A DNA stretch of 64,000 nt, from NCBI GenBank assembly GCA_048595445.1, contig JBJPGD010000021.1:54196-118195 (forward strand). Direction: 5' to 3'. Source of the stretch: Methylophilaceae bacterium (GTDB taxonomy: Bacteria; Pseudomonadota; Gammaproteobacteria; Burkholderiales; Methylophilaceae). The notes beneath the pieces are model-generated. The model was not told the DNA's origin. It saw only the letters and a program-made list of their open reading frames with translations, and did no database searches. The position numbers and the translations under genes were made by a program. Positions within the stretch are counted from its first letter, which is position 1; every line of letters starts with the position of its first letter. Of this stretch, positions 50,042-60,673 are shown piece by piece.

Positions 50042-51799
50042 ATGTCGAAACGCTCGCGTAAGAAACACGAACTCCCGCAGATACATAACGCTAAAGCTTT
50101 GTTTTTGCGTGTCTTCAGCTATGCCTGGCAGCATAAATATATCTTTGCAATCACCATTACTGCTACCACAGTTTTAGCCCTAAGCAATACGGCGTTTTTA
50201 GCACTAATAAAAAAAATAACGGATGAGGGCTTTGTCAGCCAGGCTTCATCACAAACTTTCTTATTACCAATGATGCTGTTTAGTTTGATGGTGGTGCGTG
50301 GCCTGATGGGATTTGTTTCGATGTACAGCATCCGTTGGATAGCGAGACGTGTTGTGGAAACACTCAGGAGGCAAGCATTTGGGCGGCTGATGCAAATGCC
50401 AGTGAGCTTTTTTGATGCACAGTCTACAGGGATCATGGTTTCTAAACTGACCTACGATGCCGAGCGGCTTTCCAGTGTTTGTACGCGTACTGCAATGAAT
50501 GTGTTGAGAGATGTACTAACGGTGATTGGTCTAGTCGCTTATATGCTTTATCTCGATTGGAGATTAACGCTAATTTTTGCGGTAGTCGCACCTTTTATGG
50601 TTCTATATTTAAGAAAAACAACACCAAAGTTACGTGCTAATGCCAAAAAAGTGCAATTAGCTGTCGGGGAAATGACTAAAGTTTCTGAAGAAGCTATTTC
50701 TGGTCAAAGAATCGTTAAAATTTTTGGCGCACAAAATTATGAACACGAACGTTTTTCAAACGTTGTGATTAATAATAGAAATTTAGAATTACGCTCAGCC
50801 CGTATCACGGGCTTAAATAGTTTTGTGATTGAGGTTTTAGCTGCGTTGGCATTGGGGCTGGTTGTTTATTACGCTTTAGGTCGTTTTTCTGTTGGAGAGT
50901 TTGCCGCTTTTATTGGTGCTCTATTGATGATGATTTCTCCAATCAAACATATCACTGCTGCGAATGAAGACCTTCAAATTGGCTTAGCAGCGGCGCAAAG
51001 TGTATTTGAAGTGATTGATTCACCAGTTGAAGCTGATGAAGGTGAGACCTCAATTGACGCTGTTAAGGGTGAAATAGAGTTTAAAAATGTCAGCCTACGT
51101 TATGAAGATGCGAAACGCTTAGCCTTAGATGATTTGAGTTTCACGGTAAAGCCAGGTGAGAAAGTTGCCTTGGTTGGGCGATCAGGCGGCGGTAAAACAT
51201 CCTTAGTTAACTTGTTGCCACGCTTTTATGAGTTACAACAAGGCTTGATTTTATTAGATGGGTTGGACGTGCGTGCATTATCACTTAAAGATCTACGTGC
51301 GCAATTTTCATTGGTAAGCCAAGATATTATTTTATTCAATGACACTGTTTTTAATAATATTGCTTACGGCACGCTTAGAGACACCAGTGAAGAAGAAGTG
51401 ATTAATGCGGCAAAGGCCGCTAATGCTTGGGAATTTATTCAACAACTGCCACAAGGCCTGCAAAATGAAATAGGGGATAGAGGTGTTCGCCTTTCTGGTG
51501 GTCAGCGTCAGCGCATTGCCATTGCACGTGCTATTTTAAAAAATGCACCTATTCTGTTATTAGATGAAGCAACTTCAGCATTAGATACGGAATCTGAACA
51601 GCATGTACAGGCAGCTTTAGATGTGCTGATGCAGAACCGTACGAGTTTAGTTATTGCCCATCGACTCAGTACGATTGAAAATGCCGATAGAATATTAGTG
51701 ATGGATAAAGGAAAAATTGTTGAATCAGGCACACATAAACAGCTTTTAAAAGCAAAAGGCTATTATGCAAAACTGTACCAAAAAGAGTTCAGCGAATAG
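50042..51799 (+). CDS. msbA: lipid A export ATP-binding/permease protein
   Basis: 6-TM ABC exporter. Walker A GRSGGGKTS, signature LSGGQRQR, Walker B ILLLDEATSALD. Followed by lpxK. Confidence 0.95.
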   Translation: MSKRSRKKHELPQIHNAKALFLRVFSYAWQHKYIFAITITATTVLALSNTAFLALIKKITDEGFVSQASSQTFLLPMMLFSLMVVRGLMGFVSMYSIRWIARRVVETLRRQAFGRLMQMPVSFFDAQSTGIMVSKLTYDAERLSSVCTRTAMNVLRDVLTVIGLVAYMLYLDWRLTLIFAVVAPFMVLYLRKTTPKLRANAKKVQLAVGEMTKVSEEAISGQRIVKIFGAQNYEHERFSNVVINNRNLELRSARITGLNSFVIEVLAALALGLVVYYALGRFSVGEFAAFIGALLMMISPIKHITAANEDLQIGLAAAQSVFEVIDSPVEADEGETSIDAVKGEIEFKNVSLRYEDAKRLALDDLSFTVKPGEKVALVGRSGGGKTSLVNLLPRFYELQQGLILLDGLDVRALSLKDLRAQFSLVSQDIILFNDTVFNNIAYGTLRDTSEEEVINAAKAANAWEFIQQLPQGLQNEIGDRGVRLSGGQRQRIAIARAILKNAPILLLDEATSALDTESEQHVQAALDVLMQNRTSLVIAHRLSTIENADRILVMDKGKIVESGTHKQLLKAKGYYAKLYQKEFSE

Positions 51800-51817
51800 G
51801 CGCTAAGGGGTCAACGA

Positions 51818-52804
51818 ATGCATGACCTAATCTTACGCGCATGGCACCATAAAAACGCTTTTTACTATCTGGTTCTTATTCCGCTTTCTTGGATATTCTC
51901 TATTCTTGCATCGCTAAGACGATGCGGCTACAAAATTGGCCTACTAAAGTCACATAAACTAGCTGTACCAGTTGTTATTGTAGGTAACATTAATATGGGT
52001 GGTAGTGGTAAGACACCTGTTGTGATGTGGCTAGCCGACCAGCTGAAAAAAGAGGGTTATCATCCGGGCGTGATTAGTCGTGGTTACGGTGTGAAAAATG
52101 GCCAGCCTGTTAGTGTGCAACAAGCTAGTTTGGCTGCGGAAGTTGGTGATGAACCGCTATTAATTGCAAGACGCTGTGATTGCCCGGTTTGGGTCGGGAT
52201 TAGCCGAGTTGAGGTGGGCAAAGCGCTAATTAAGGCGCATCCAGAGTGTGATGTCATTATTAGCGATGATGGTTTACAGCACTACCGTTTACAACGCAAT
52301 ATCGAGATAGTGGTAGTGGACCAGCAGACAGCAGCCGGACAGCGGCTATTACCCGCAGGGCCTTTGCGTGAGCCTTTAAGCCGCTTGCAAACAGTGGATG
52401 CGATTATTTGTCATGGTGAAAAAACAATATCTGGTGCATTTGAGATGCAACTCGAAGGCCAAACGTTTTATAATTTAAGTAACCCAGCATCAAAGGTGAC
52501 GTTAGCGCATTTTAAGAATAAAGTGGTTGCTGCATTGGCGGGCATCGGAAAGCCAGAACGTTTTTTTGATTATTTAAGCGGTTTAGGTTTGAATTTTAAA
52601 AGCTTAAGCTTTGATGATCATCATGCATTTACCGCTCAAGATCTAAACGACATAGAATGCGAAGCGTTAATCATGACGGAAAAAGATGCCGTAAAATGCG
52701 AGGCTTTTGCTAAGTCGCATCATTGGGTATTGCCAGTAGAGGCTAAAATGGATGTTGGGTTATTACCTTTATTGCTTAAAAAACTAAAGGCGGCTCAACA
52801 TTAA
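51818..52804 (+). CDS. lpxK: tetraacyldisaccharide 4'-kinase
   Basis: P-loop GNINMGGSGKTP. 328 aa. Confidence 0.93.
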   Translation: MHDLILRAWHHKNAFYYLVLIPLSWIFSILASLRRCGYKIGLLKSHKLAVPVVIVGNINMGGSGKTPVVMWLADQLKKEGYHPGVISRGYGVKNGQPVSVQQASLAAEVGDEPLLIARRCDCPVWVGISRVEVGKALIKAHPECDVIISDDGLQHYRLQRNIEIVVVDQQTAAGQRLLPAGPLREPLSRLQTVDAIICHGEKTISGAFEMQLEGQTFYNLSNPASKVTLAHFKNKVVAALAGIGKPERFFDYLSGLGLNFKSLSFDDHHAFTAQDLNDIECEALIMTEKDAVKCEAFAKSHHWVLPVEAKMDVGLLPLLLKKLKAAQH

Positions 52805-52834
52805 AGAAGTGATGAAAAATGGAGGTGCATGATA

Positions 52835-53017
52835 ATGGATGCTAAGTTATTAGCAATACTTGTTTGTCCTGTTACTAAAGGACCATTGATTTACAAGAAA
52901 GCTGAAAACGAGCTGATCTCAAAATCAGCACGTTTAGCTTACCCTATACGTGATGGCATTCCTGTACTGCTAGAGGATGAAGCGCGAAAACTTGATGCAG
53001 ACGAGAAGGTGGAATAG
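52835..53017 (+). CDS. ycaR: Trm112/YcaR (UPF0434) family protein
   Basis: [18 protein letters not shown]...[14 protein letters not shown]. About 60 aa. Confidence 0.85.
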   Translation: MDAKLLAILVCPVTKGPLIYKKAENELISKSARLAYPIRDGIPVLLEDEARKLDADEKVE

Positions 53018-53757
53018 TGTCTTTTAGAGTGGTTATTCCAGCGCGTTATGCCAGTGCGCGTTTGCCAGGAAAACCTTTGCTTGATATAGCTGGAAAGCCA
53101 ATGGTCATACGAGTGGCAGAACAAGCGAATAAAAGCGGAGCAGAAAGTGTAGTCATCGCTACCGACTTTGAAAAAATCATGCAAACCGCGCAAGAAAATA
53201 ATGTTGATGCTGTACTCACGCGTGTTGATCATCAGTCAGGTACCGATAGAATAGCCGAAGTTGCACAAAAGCTAAATTGGGATGACGATGAAATTGTGGT
53301 CAATGTACAGGGTGATGAACCACTGATAGACCCGCTTTTGATCCAAGAGGTCGCACTAACGCTGGCGCATAGCAAAGATGCTGTGATGGCAACTGCTTGT
53401 CATGCAATTAATGATGAGGCTTTGATACTAAACCCTAATGTCGTGAAGGTAGTGATGGATACAAATGGTAATGCTTTGTATTTCAGTCGTTCACCAATTC
53501 CGTATCCACGTGATGAGGAATGTAAACAGAATATTCAAGCACACCGCCATATTGGCATTTATGCTTATCGTGTTGGTTTCTTAAAACAGTATGCTAAGTT
53601 GAGTGTGACTGAGCTAGAAAAAATTGAGAGCTTAGAGCAGCTCAGAGTTTTGTATCACGGTTATAAAATTGCTGTATCAGTAACAGATAATGCGCCTGCT
53701 AGTGGCGTCGATACGCAAGAAGATTTGGATTATGTGCGGAGTGTTTTTACTGAGTAA
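53017..53757 (+). CDS. kdsB: 3-deoxy-manno-octulosonate cytidylyltransferase
   Basis: VIPARYASARLPGKPL N-terminus. 246 aa. GTG start overlapping the ycaR stop. Confidence 0.95.
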   Translation: MSFRVVIPARYASARLPGKPLLDIAGKPMVIRVAEQANKSGAESVVIATDFEKIMQTAQENNVDAVLTRVDHQSGTDRIAEVAQKLNWDDDEIVVNVQGDEPLIDPLLIQEVALTLAHSKDAVMATACHAINDEALILNPNVVKVVMDTNGNALYFSRSPIPYPRDEECKQNIQAHRHIGIYAYRVGFLKQYAKLSVTELEKIESLEQLRVLYHGYKIAVSVTDNAPASGVDTQEDLDYVRSVFTE

Positions 53758-53764
53758 GTGACAG

Positions 53765-53801
53765 TAGTGGTCTAAGTACCACGCCGACCACTATAATTTT
53801 T
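53765..53801 (+). terminator. possible terminator after kdsB
   Basis: TAGTGGTC-13 nt-GACCACTA followed by TAATTTTT. The loop is long, so this is a weaker call. Confidence 0.4.
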
Positions 53802-53809
53802 AGGAAGCG

Positions 53810-54166
<357 letters not shown>

Positions 54167-54182
54167 TTATTAAATTGTACTA

Positions 54183-55784
54183 CTAATTGAAGTTTAATTT
54201 ACATGTAATTGGATAGCGCCGGTCTTTACCAAAGCCACGTTGTGTAATTCTGACGCCTATTGGTGCTTGTCGGCGCTTATATTCGTTCCTATCAATCAAA
54301 CTTGTCACTCGCTTGATATCAGCTTCACTATAACCAAGCTGCTCGATTGCCTTAAGGCTTAGGTCATCTTCAACATAAGCTTGCATAATGCCATCTAGAA
54401 TTTCGTAAGGTGGCAAACTGTCTTGGTCAGTTTGGTCATCGCGCAACTCAGCACTAGGAGGGCGTGTAATAATGCGTTCTGGAATTACACGTGAGATGTT
54501 GTTTCGATAATTGGCTAGCTTATAGACCAATGTTTTTGGTACATCTTTAAGCAGCGAGAAGCCGCCAGCCATATCGCCATACAAAGTGCTATAGCCTACT
54601 GCCACCTCTGATTTGTTGCCAGTTGTTAAGACAATGCCGCCAAACTTGTTAGACAGTGCCATGAGTAATATGCCGCGAATACGGGCTTGTAGGTTTTCTT
54701 CTGTTGTATCTTCTGGTTTGCCTTCAAACTCTTCTGATAGCGCGTCTTTAAATCCTTCGAACAGAGACTTGATAGGGATGAGGCTGTAGTCAACATCGAC
54801 TAGTTTAGCCATTTCTACCGCATCATCGACACTCATGCTAGCAGTGTATTGCGATGACATCATCAACACTTTTACACGGTCTGCGCCGAGTGCATCAACA
54901 GCGATTGCAAGTGTTAATGCAGAGTCAATGCCGCCTGACAGACCAAGCACAACACTAGGAAAGCCATTTTTGTTGACGTAGTCAGTAAGGCCTAGTTTAA
55001 GCGCATTGTAAACCATCGCTTCTAAACTTAATGGCGAAATCAGCTTGGTTGCCAGTGGTTGTTTATCTTTTACTTCCACATAGCTTAGTGATTCTACAAA
55101 TGAAGGTAGTTGATGCGTGACCTCGGCTTGAGAATTCAATACAAAAGAAGCTCCGTCAAACACAAGTTCGTCTTGACCACCGACAAGATTGGTGTAAATG
55201 ATAGGCAGCCTAGTTTCTTTCACACGGTCACTGAACACTTCGTAGCGGGTACTGAGCTTATCCATGCGGTAGGGAGAAGCGTTTAGTGCGATTAAAAATT
55301 CTGCGCCAGCCAGCTTGGCTTGTTCTGCTGGTCCAGGCTCCCAGCCATCAGCACAGACCATGACGCCATACCGTGTATCCTCTAAATCAAACACTAATGG
55401 CTGATTGCCAGGCTCGAAATAACGCTCTTCATCAAATACGCTGTAATTAGGCAGCACCTGTTTATGGTAAGTGGATACAATTTCCCCATCTTGCAAAATG
55501 CTGGCGGCATTAAATAGCTGCTTATTTACTTGGTGAATATGGCCAATAATTACAGTCATATCAGGTAGCGTCTTAGCGATACGCGTTAATATTTTTTGAT
55601 TGGCATCAATAAAATCTTGTCGGAATAACAAATCCTCTGGCGGGTAACCACACAATGCAAGCTCTGGAGTAATGAGTAAACTAGCTCCGTGTTGTTTTGC
55701 TTCTGTAGCAAATTGAATAATTTTATCGGCATTGCCTGAGATGTCACCAACAACAGCATTAAGTTGAGCAATGGCGATTTTCAT
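54183..55784 (-). CDS. nadE: glutamine-dependent NAD+ synthetase
   Basis: N-terminal nitrilase-type glutaminase domain plus C-terminal synthetase domain with SGGIDS PP-loop. 533 aa. Confidence 0.93.
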   Translation of the reverse strand: MKIAIAQLNAVVGDISGNADKIIQFATEAKQHGASLLITPELALCGYPPEDLLFRQDFIDANQKILTRIAKTLPDMTVIIGHIHQVNKQLFNAASILQDGEIVSTYHKQVLPNYSVFDEERYFEPGNQPLVFDLEDTRYGVMVCADGWEPGPAEQAKLAGAEFLIALNASPYRMDKLSTRYEVFSDRVKETRLPIIYTNLVGGQDELVFDGASFVLNSQAEVTHQLPSFVESLSYVEVKDKQPLATKLISPLSLEAMVYNALKLGLTDYVNKNGFPSVVLGLSGGIDSALTLAIAVDALGADRVKVLMMSSQYTASMSVDDAVEMAKLVDVDYSLIPIKSLFEGFKDALSEEFEGKPEDTTEENLQARIRGILLMALSNKFGGIVLTTGNKSEVAVGYSTLYGDMAGGFSLLKDVPKTLVYKLANYRNNISRVIPERIITRPPSAELRDDQTDQDSLPPYEILDGIMQAYVEDDLSLKAIEQLGYSEADIKRVTSLIDRNEYKRRQAPIGVRITQRGFGKDRRYPITCKLNFN

Positions 55785-55787
55785 AAA

Positions 55788-56729
55788 TTAATATTTGCCA
55801 CCAGCATCTTTGATGAGTTTGACAATTTCAGGATTACCTTTTTTAAGCGCATATACATAAGCAGTAAGCCCGTATTTGTCACGCGCTTTTAAATTGGCTT
55901 TGTTGGCAAGTAACAGTTTCACCAGTTCAACAGAATTGTTATCAACTGCTAGTTGTAATATAGGCGTACCTTCAGCGTCTTTATGATTGATATTAGCACC
56001 ATTCTCAATCAGGACTTTAGCTGGTGCTGGTTGTGTTTTCTTGATAGCCCAAGTCAATGCCGTCCATTCTGCATTATCCTCAGTATTAGCATTTGCGCCT
56101 TGGTCAATGAGATGTTTCACTACTGATGCGTGACCTTTACGTGCGGCATAAATCATCGCTGTAGCACCTTGGCGGTCTCTTAGATTGCTGTCCGCACCAC
56201 TTTTTATCAGCACTTTAACGGTTGCCAAGTCACCACTTTTAGCTGCATACATAAGTGCTGTTTTGCCAGCATCACTACTACTGTTGGCATCAACGCCATG
56301 ATTAAGCATTAGTTCAACTGAATCACTGTGTCCCGAAGTGGCGGCCATACCAAAAGCACTCCAACCACTCGGGTCGCGAACTTTTGGATCCGCGTCATTT
56401 TTTAATAGGATTCTCATGGTTTCAATATGATCTCTTTTTGCAGCGAACATCAATGGCGTCCAACCACCATTATCTTTTGCGTTAACTTCGGCGCCTTTGC
56501 TAATTAATAATGCTACAACTGCTGCTTCATCTTTGCGTGCAGCGTACATTAAGGCTGTGATGCCGTCTTGATCTTTAGTATTAGGATTGACGCCACTTTG
56601 TAGCATAGCCTTAACGGTAGAGATGTCACCCTTAGAGGAGGCTGTTAGTAAGTAAGCAATGTCTTCAGCCCAACTAATCTGACTGAATAGCGATAAACAC
56701 AATAAAACTAATAAAGTATATTTTTTCAA
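55788..56729 (-). CDS. secreted ankyrin-repeat protein
   Basis: Signal peptide [21 protein letters not shown], then about 8 ANK repeats (G.T.LMYAA..G....V..L...GA..N). The TTG start overlaps the sucD TGA, and AAGGAAG lies 7 nt upstream. Confidence 0.85.
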   Translation of the reverse strand: MKKYTLLVLLCLSLFSQISWAEDIAYLLTASSKGDISTVKAMLQSGVNPNTKDQDGITALMYAARKDEAAVVALLISKGAEVNAKDNGGWTPLMFAAKRDHIETMRILLKNDADPKVRDPSGWSAFGMAATSGHSDSVELMLNHGVDANSSSDAGKTALMYAAKSGDLATVKVLIKSGADSNLRDRQGATAMIYAARKGHASVVKHLIDQGANANTEDNAEWTALTWAIKKTQPAPAKVLIENGANINHKDAEGTPILQLAVDNNSVELVKLLLANKANLKARDKYGLTAYVYALKKGNPEIVKLIKDAGGKY

Positions 56730-57613
56730 AGTTTAACTTCCTTTATTTTTATCGCTTTCATCACTGCCTCCCCCAACCCCGCTGGCGATTTAGCGACCAC
56801 AGCACCTGCACTTTCAAGTGCAGAAATTTTATCTTCTGCGTGTCCAGAACCGCCAGAAATAATTGCGCCAGCATGACCCATGCGCTTGCCTTTTGGTGCG
56901 GTTAGGCCGGCGATATAAGCGGCGACAGGTTTAGTAACATGATGTTTAATATAGTCAGCAGCCGCCTCTTCATCGCCACCACCAATTTCCCCCACCATAA
57001 TAATGGCTTCAGTTTCTGGGTCGGCTTCAAACAGTTGTAGGCATTCAATAAAGTTCAGCCCTTTAATTGGATCGCCGCCAATGCCGACGCAGGTTGTTTG
57101 GCCTAGCCCAAGCGCAGTTGTTTGATGTACCGCTTCGTAAGTTAATGTGCCTGAGCGTGATACCACGCCAACTTTACCTCTTAAGTGAATGTTGCCCGGC
57201 ATAATGCCAATTTTACATTCATCTGGTGTGATAATGCCTGGGCAGTTTGGCCCAATTAATTTTGTACCATTGGCTTCTAATGCTATTTTAACTTTCAGCA
57301 TATCTAGCACTGGAATACCTTCTGTAATACACACCACTAACGCAATGCCCGCATCACTCGCTTCCAAAATAGAATCTGCAGCGAAAGGTGGCGGCACGTA
57401 AATGACGCTCGCGTTTGCTTGCGTTTCTTTTACTGCTTCACGCACAGTATTGAATACTGGTAAATCAAGGTGCTGCTGACCGCCTTTTTTTGGGGTCACG
57501 CCTCCGACCATTTGCGTGCCATAAGCAATGGCTTGTTCAGAATGAAAGGTGCCTTGTTTGCCAGTAAAACCTTGGCATAACACTTTTGTGTTTTTGTCGA
57601 CTAAAATACTCAT
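56726..57613 (-). CDS. sucD: succinate--CoA ligase subunit alpha
   Basis: [25 protein letters not shown]-terminus. Phosphohistidine loop GHAGAI. Confidence 0.97.
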   Translation of the reverse strand: MSILVDKNTKVLCQGFTGKQGTFHSEQAIAYGTQMVGGVTPKKGGQQHLDLPVFNTVREAVKETQANASVIYVPPPFAADSILEASDAGIALVVCITEGIPVLDMLKVKIALEANGTKLIGPNCPGIITPDECKIGIMPGNIHLRGKVGVVSRSGTLTYEAVHQTTALGLGQTTCVGIGGDPIKGLNFIECLQLFEADPETEAIIMVGEIGGGDEEAAADYIKHHVTKPVAAYIAGLTAPKGKRMGHAGAIISGGSGHAEDKISALESAGAVVAKSPAGLGEAVMKAIKIKEVKL

Positions 57614-58770
57614 GCTACCGCCTTTACAGCTTGTTCAGCAGCATCAGTTAAGTGTTCAGCAGAGATGATATTTAGCCCGCTTTCCCGCAACATTTTCTTA
57701 CCTAATTCAACATTTGTGCCTTCTAAACGGACGACAACAGGAATCGTCATTTCGACCTCTTTTACTGCAGTGATAATGCCTGTCGCAATGATATCGCAAC
57801 GCATAATACCACCAAATATATTCACTAAAATGGCTTGTACGTTTTGGTCAGCTAAAATAATTTTAAAGGCTTTGGTTACGGTTTCAGCGGTAGCGCCACC
57901 ACCAACATCTAGGAAGTTAGCCGGTTTGCCCCCGTGTAACTTAATCAAATCCATCGTTGCCATGGCAAGGCCTGCACCATTCACCATGCAACCAATATTG
58001 CCATTTAGCGCAATGTAGTTGAGGCCTGAGTGATGAGCTTCCGCTTCTTTTGCATCATCTTGTGACCAATCGCGTAACCCGGCTAAGGTTTTTTGACGAT
58101 AAAGCGCATTGTCATCCACCGTCATTTTACAATCTAGGGCAACTAAACCACCATCAGCAGTCACAATCAGTGGGTTAATTTCTAGTAATGCTAAATCATT
58201 TTCTGTGAAAAGCTTGTATAGGCCTTTCGCTAATTGAGTAAACGCAGCAATTTGGTCGCCTCCCAAACCTAATGCAAATCCGATATTGCGTGCTTGAAAA
58301 TCAACTAAGCCGTTTAATGGATCACAGACTTCTTGTAATATTTTTTCAGGTTGTGTTGCAGCAATTTCTTCAATATCCATGCCACCAGCGGATGATGCAA
58401 TCATTATTACGCGTTCCAGCGTACGGTCGACTAGCAATGATAAATAGAGCTCACGTGCAATCGGTAATGTTTGTTCAACAAGTACGCGATGCACTGGTTG
58501 GCCATCGGGAGCATTTTGGACGGTCACTAAGGATTTTCCTAGTAAACCGCCTGCAACGCCTTGTGCTTCTGATGCTGATGACACGACTTTAACGCCACCT
58601 GCTTTACCGCGACCGCCTGCATGTACTTGTGCTTTGACAACCCAAGTATCGCCAGGAATTTGTTTGGTGGCTGCTGCCGCTGATTTTTCAGACTGTACTA
58701 CTTCGCCAGTTGGTATGGCTATGCCGTAGCGTTGCAGTAGTTGCTTGGATTGATATTCATGTAAATTCAT
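57610..58770 (-). CDS. sucC: succinate--CoA ligase subunit beta
   Basis: [13 protein letters not shown]-terminus, ATP-grasp fold. 386 aa. Confidence 0.97.
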   Translation of the reverse strand: MNLHEYQSKQLLQRYGIAIPTGEVVQSEKSAAAATKQIPGDTWVVKAQVHAGGRGKAGGVKVVSSASEAQGVAGGLLGKSLVTVQNAPDGQPVHRVLVEQTLPIARELYLSLLVDRTLERVIMIASSAGGMDIEEIAATQPEKILQEVCDPLNGLVDFQARNIGFALGLGGDQIAAFTQLAKGLYKLFTENDLALLEINPLIVTADGGLVALDCKMTVDDNALYRQKTLAGLRDWSQDDAKEAEAHHSGLNYIALNGNIGCMVNGAGLAMATMDLIKLHGGKPANFLDVGGGATAETVTKAFKIILADQNVQAILVNIFGGIMRCDIIATGIITAVKEVEMTIPVVVRLEGTNVELGKKMLRESGLNIISAEHLTDAAEQAVKAVA

Positions 58771-58854
58771 TGTTTAGATGGGTTTGTTGATTGGTTATAC
58801 CAAGTGGTATTTTCTCGCAAAAGCGGGGCTGAGGCTAGTAAAAAGCGCGTAAAC

Positions 58855-58886
58855 AAAAAAGCCACAGTGTTTAAACTGCGGCTTTT
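58855..58886 (-). terminator. rho-independent terminator after the CxxCH membrane protein gene
   Basis: The minus strand reads AAAAGCCGCAGTttaaACACTGTGGCTTTTTT, with one mismatch in the stem. Confidence 0.6.
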
Positions 58887-58906
58887 ATAGTTTGAAAGTA
58901 GTTAGA

Positions 58907-59677
58907 CTATAAATCCTGCTCCCAAGCATTGCCATATACTTTGCCATTTCTTGACAAAATAAACATTTGATACATGCTGGTAACCCACATAAAAGTAGAG
59001 GCGATGCTATAACCGATGCCGCCGATGATTGTCAAATAAGCAAAGCCGGGTGCTAGCTTAGTGAGCCACCATGACAAGATGTCTAAAATTAGGAACCCGA
59101 ATGGAAAAGCAATCGCCAGTATTTTAAGTTTTTTTGGTACACCAACTGCAAAGCTGAAAATAAGGCCAATAAAGAAGAAGATAAAGCTAATACCAAATAA
59201 GTGAATGTGTGAAATGCGCGTTAAGCTTTGGAAGCTTGCGCCATCGCCTGTCGCAGCCGCTTTTTGCACTTCTTCAAAGTTTGTAAAGTTAGGGATATTT
59301 GGCATGTTGCTGTGACAAACGACGCAGTTTTGTTCAAACACGCTTTTAAAGTGCGCATCCCAATCATCTTTTGGTGCACCTTTACGTACCCATTGAATAA
59401 TATCTTCGCGTACTTCGTCGGGCGCATTGGCTTTCATCGATCCGTTTAGCTTGCTTTCTAATGTGCTGTTTGCACGGTCGCCATAATAGCTATACACAAT
59501 ATCGTTCTTTGATAAGCCTACTTCGCCATCTGCCATGCCGTGCGTCATCATGATTTGTAAGCCAGCCATGAGTAAACCGACGCCAACCACTAGCAAATAG
59601 CCCGTAAAAAGCACTTTTACTGGGAGGGGCATGTTGGGGAGGTTTAACCATGTCATATTTGAAGGCGTAAATTTCAT
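58907..59677 (-). CDS. integral membrane protein with a periplasmic CxxCH (haem c-type) motif
   Basis: One N-terminal TM helix, a soluble loop of about 110 aa containing CVVCH, then 3 C-terminal TM helices. 256 aa. Confidence 0.55.
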   Translation of the reverse strand: MKFTPSNMTWLNLPNMPLPVKVLFTGYLLVVGVGLLMAGLQIMMTHGMADGEVGLSKNDIVYSYYGDRANSTLESKLNGSMKANAPDEVREDIIQWVRKGAPKDDWDAHFKSVFEQNCVVCHSNMPNIPNFTNFEEVQKAAATGDGASFQSLTRISHIHLFGISFIFFFIGLIFSFAVGVPKKLKILAIAFPFGFLILDILSWWLTKLAPGFAYLTIIGGIGYSIASTFMWVTSMYQMFILSRNGKVYGNAWEQDL

Positions 59678-59823
59678 TATTTATTCTCGTTTAATGTTGT
59701 ATGAAAAATGATAGCACTCAAGGCTACAATCCACCAAGTCAAAGAACAGCTTAATACTGATAACGGTGATGCGTTTGTGCTAACTGCTATAATTGCTTTT
59801 TATTCATTCTAATTGTTAATTCC

Positions 59824-60663
59824 ATGCGTTTAGTTGTTCAAGGCCGCGCCATTACTGTTGCGCATCTTACCCATATTCATCGTTTAATCGGCGGTAGTAC
59901 ACAGTTTATGCAGATAGGTGAGTATGCTTATTACCTACCCATTCATTCATCTGAAATAGAGGAAGTGAAAAACTTTTGTGTTGCACAACAGGTAGATTGC
60001 GCACTAGTGTCAGATAAGCAGCGATTAAGTGGTTTTGGTTTGTGTGTCATGGACATGGACTCTACCTTAATTGCGATTGAATGTATTGATGAAATTGCCG
60101 ATATGATGCATATCAAGCCGCAAGTAGCAGCAATTACAGGAGCTGCCATGCGAGGTGAGTTAGATTTTTCTGAAAGTTTACGTAAGCGGGTAGCTTTGCT
60201 GAAAGGGTTAGAAGAAAGCGCACTTCAACGTGTAATAGATGAGCGTTTAAAGTTCAATCCAGGTGCGCAGGAATGGGTAGCAGCTTGCAAAGCCAATAAT
60301 ATCAAAACCATGGTGGTCTCTGGTGGTTTCACCTTCTTTGCGAATCATGTGAAAGAAACCTTAGGTTTGGATTACGCTGTGTCTAATGTGTTGGATATTG
60401 TCGATGGGAAATTAACTGGTAGTGTTGTCGGCGATATTGTTGATGCAGAACGCAAAGCACAAGAGCTTGAGAAGTTGCGTGATGAGCTAGGTTTAAAAAC
60501 AGAACAAACCATTGCCATTGGCGATGGTGCGAATGATTTGAAAATGATGGATGTCGCAGGAGCAGGGGTGGCTTATCATGCAAAACCTATTGTGCAAGAA
60601 CAAGCGATGTATGCATTAAACTTTAACGGCTTAGATGGCATTATTCATTTATTTAATGCTTAA
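59824..60663 (+). CDS. serB: phosphoserine phosphatase
   Basis: HAD motifs VMDMDSTLI and GDGANDL. N-terminal ACT-like extension. Confidence 0.88.
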   Translation: MRLVVQGRAITVAHLTHIHRLIGGSTQFMQIGEYAYYLPIHSSEIEEVKNFCVAQQVDCALVSDKQRLSGFGLCVMDMDSTLIAIECIDEIADMMHIKPQVAAITGAAMRGELDFSESLRKRVALLKGLEESALQRVIDERLKFNPGAQEWVAACKANNIKTMVVSGGFTFFANHVKETLGLDYAVSNVLDIVDGKLTGSVVGDIVDAERKAQELEKLRDELGLKTEQTIAIGDGANDLKMMDVAGAGVAYHAKPIVQEQAMYALNFNGLDGIIHLFNA

Positions 60664-60673
60664 CGCCCAACAT

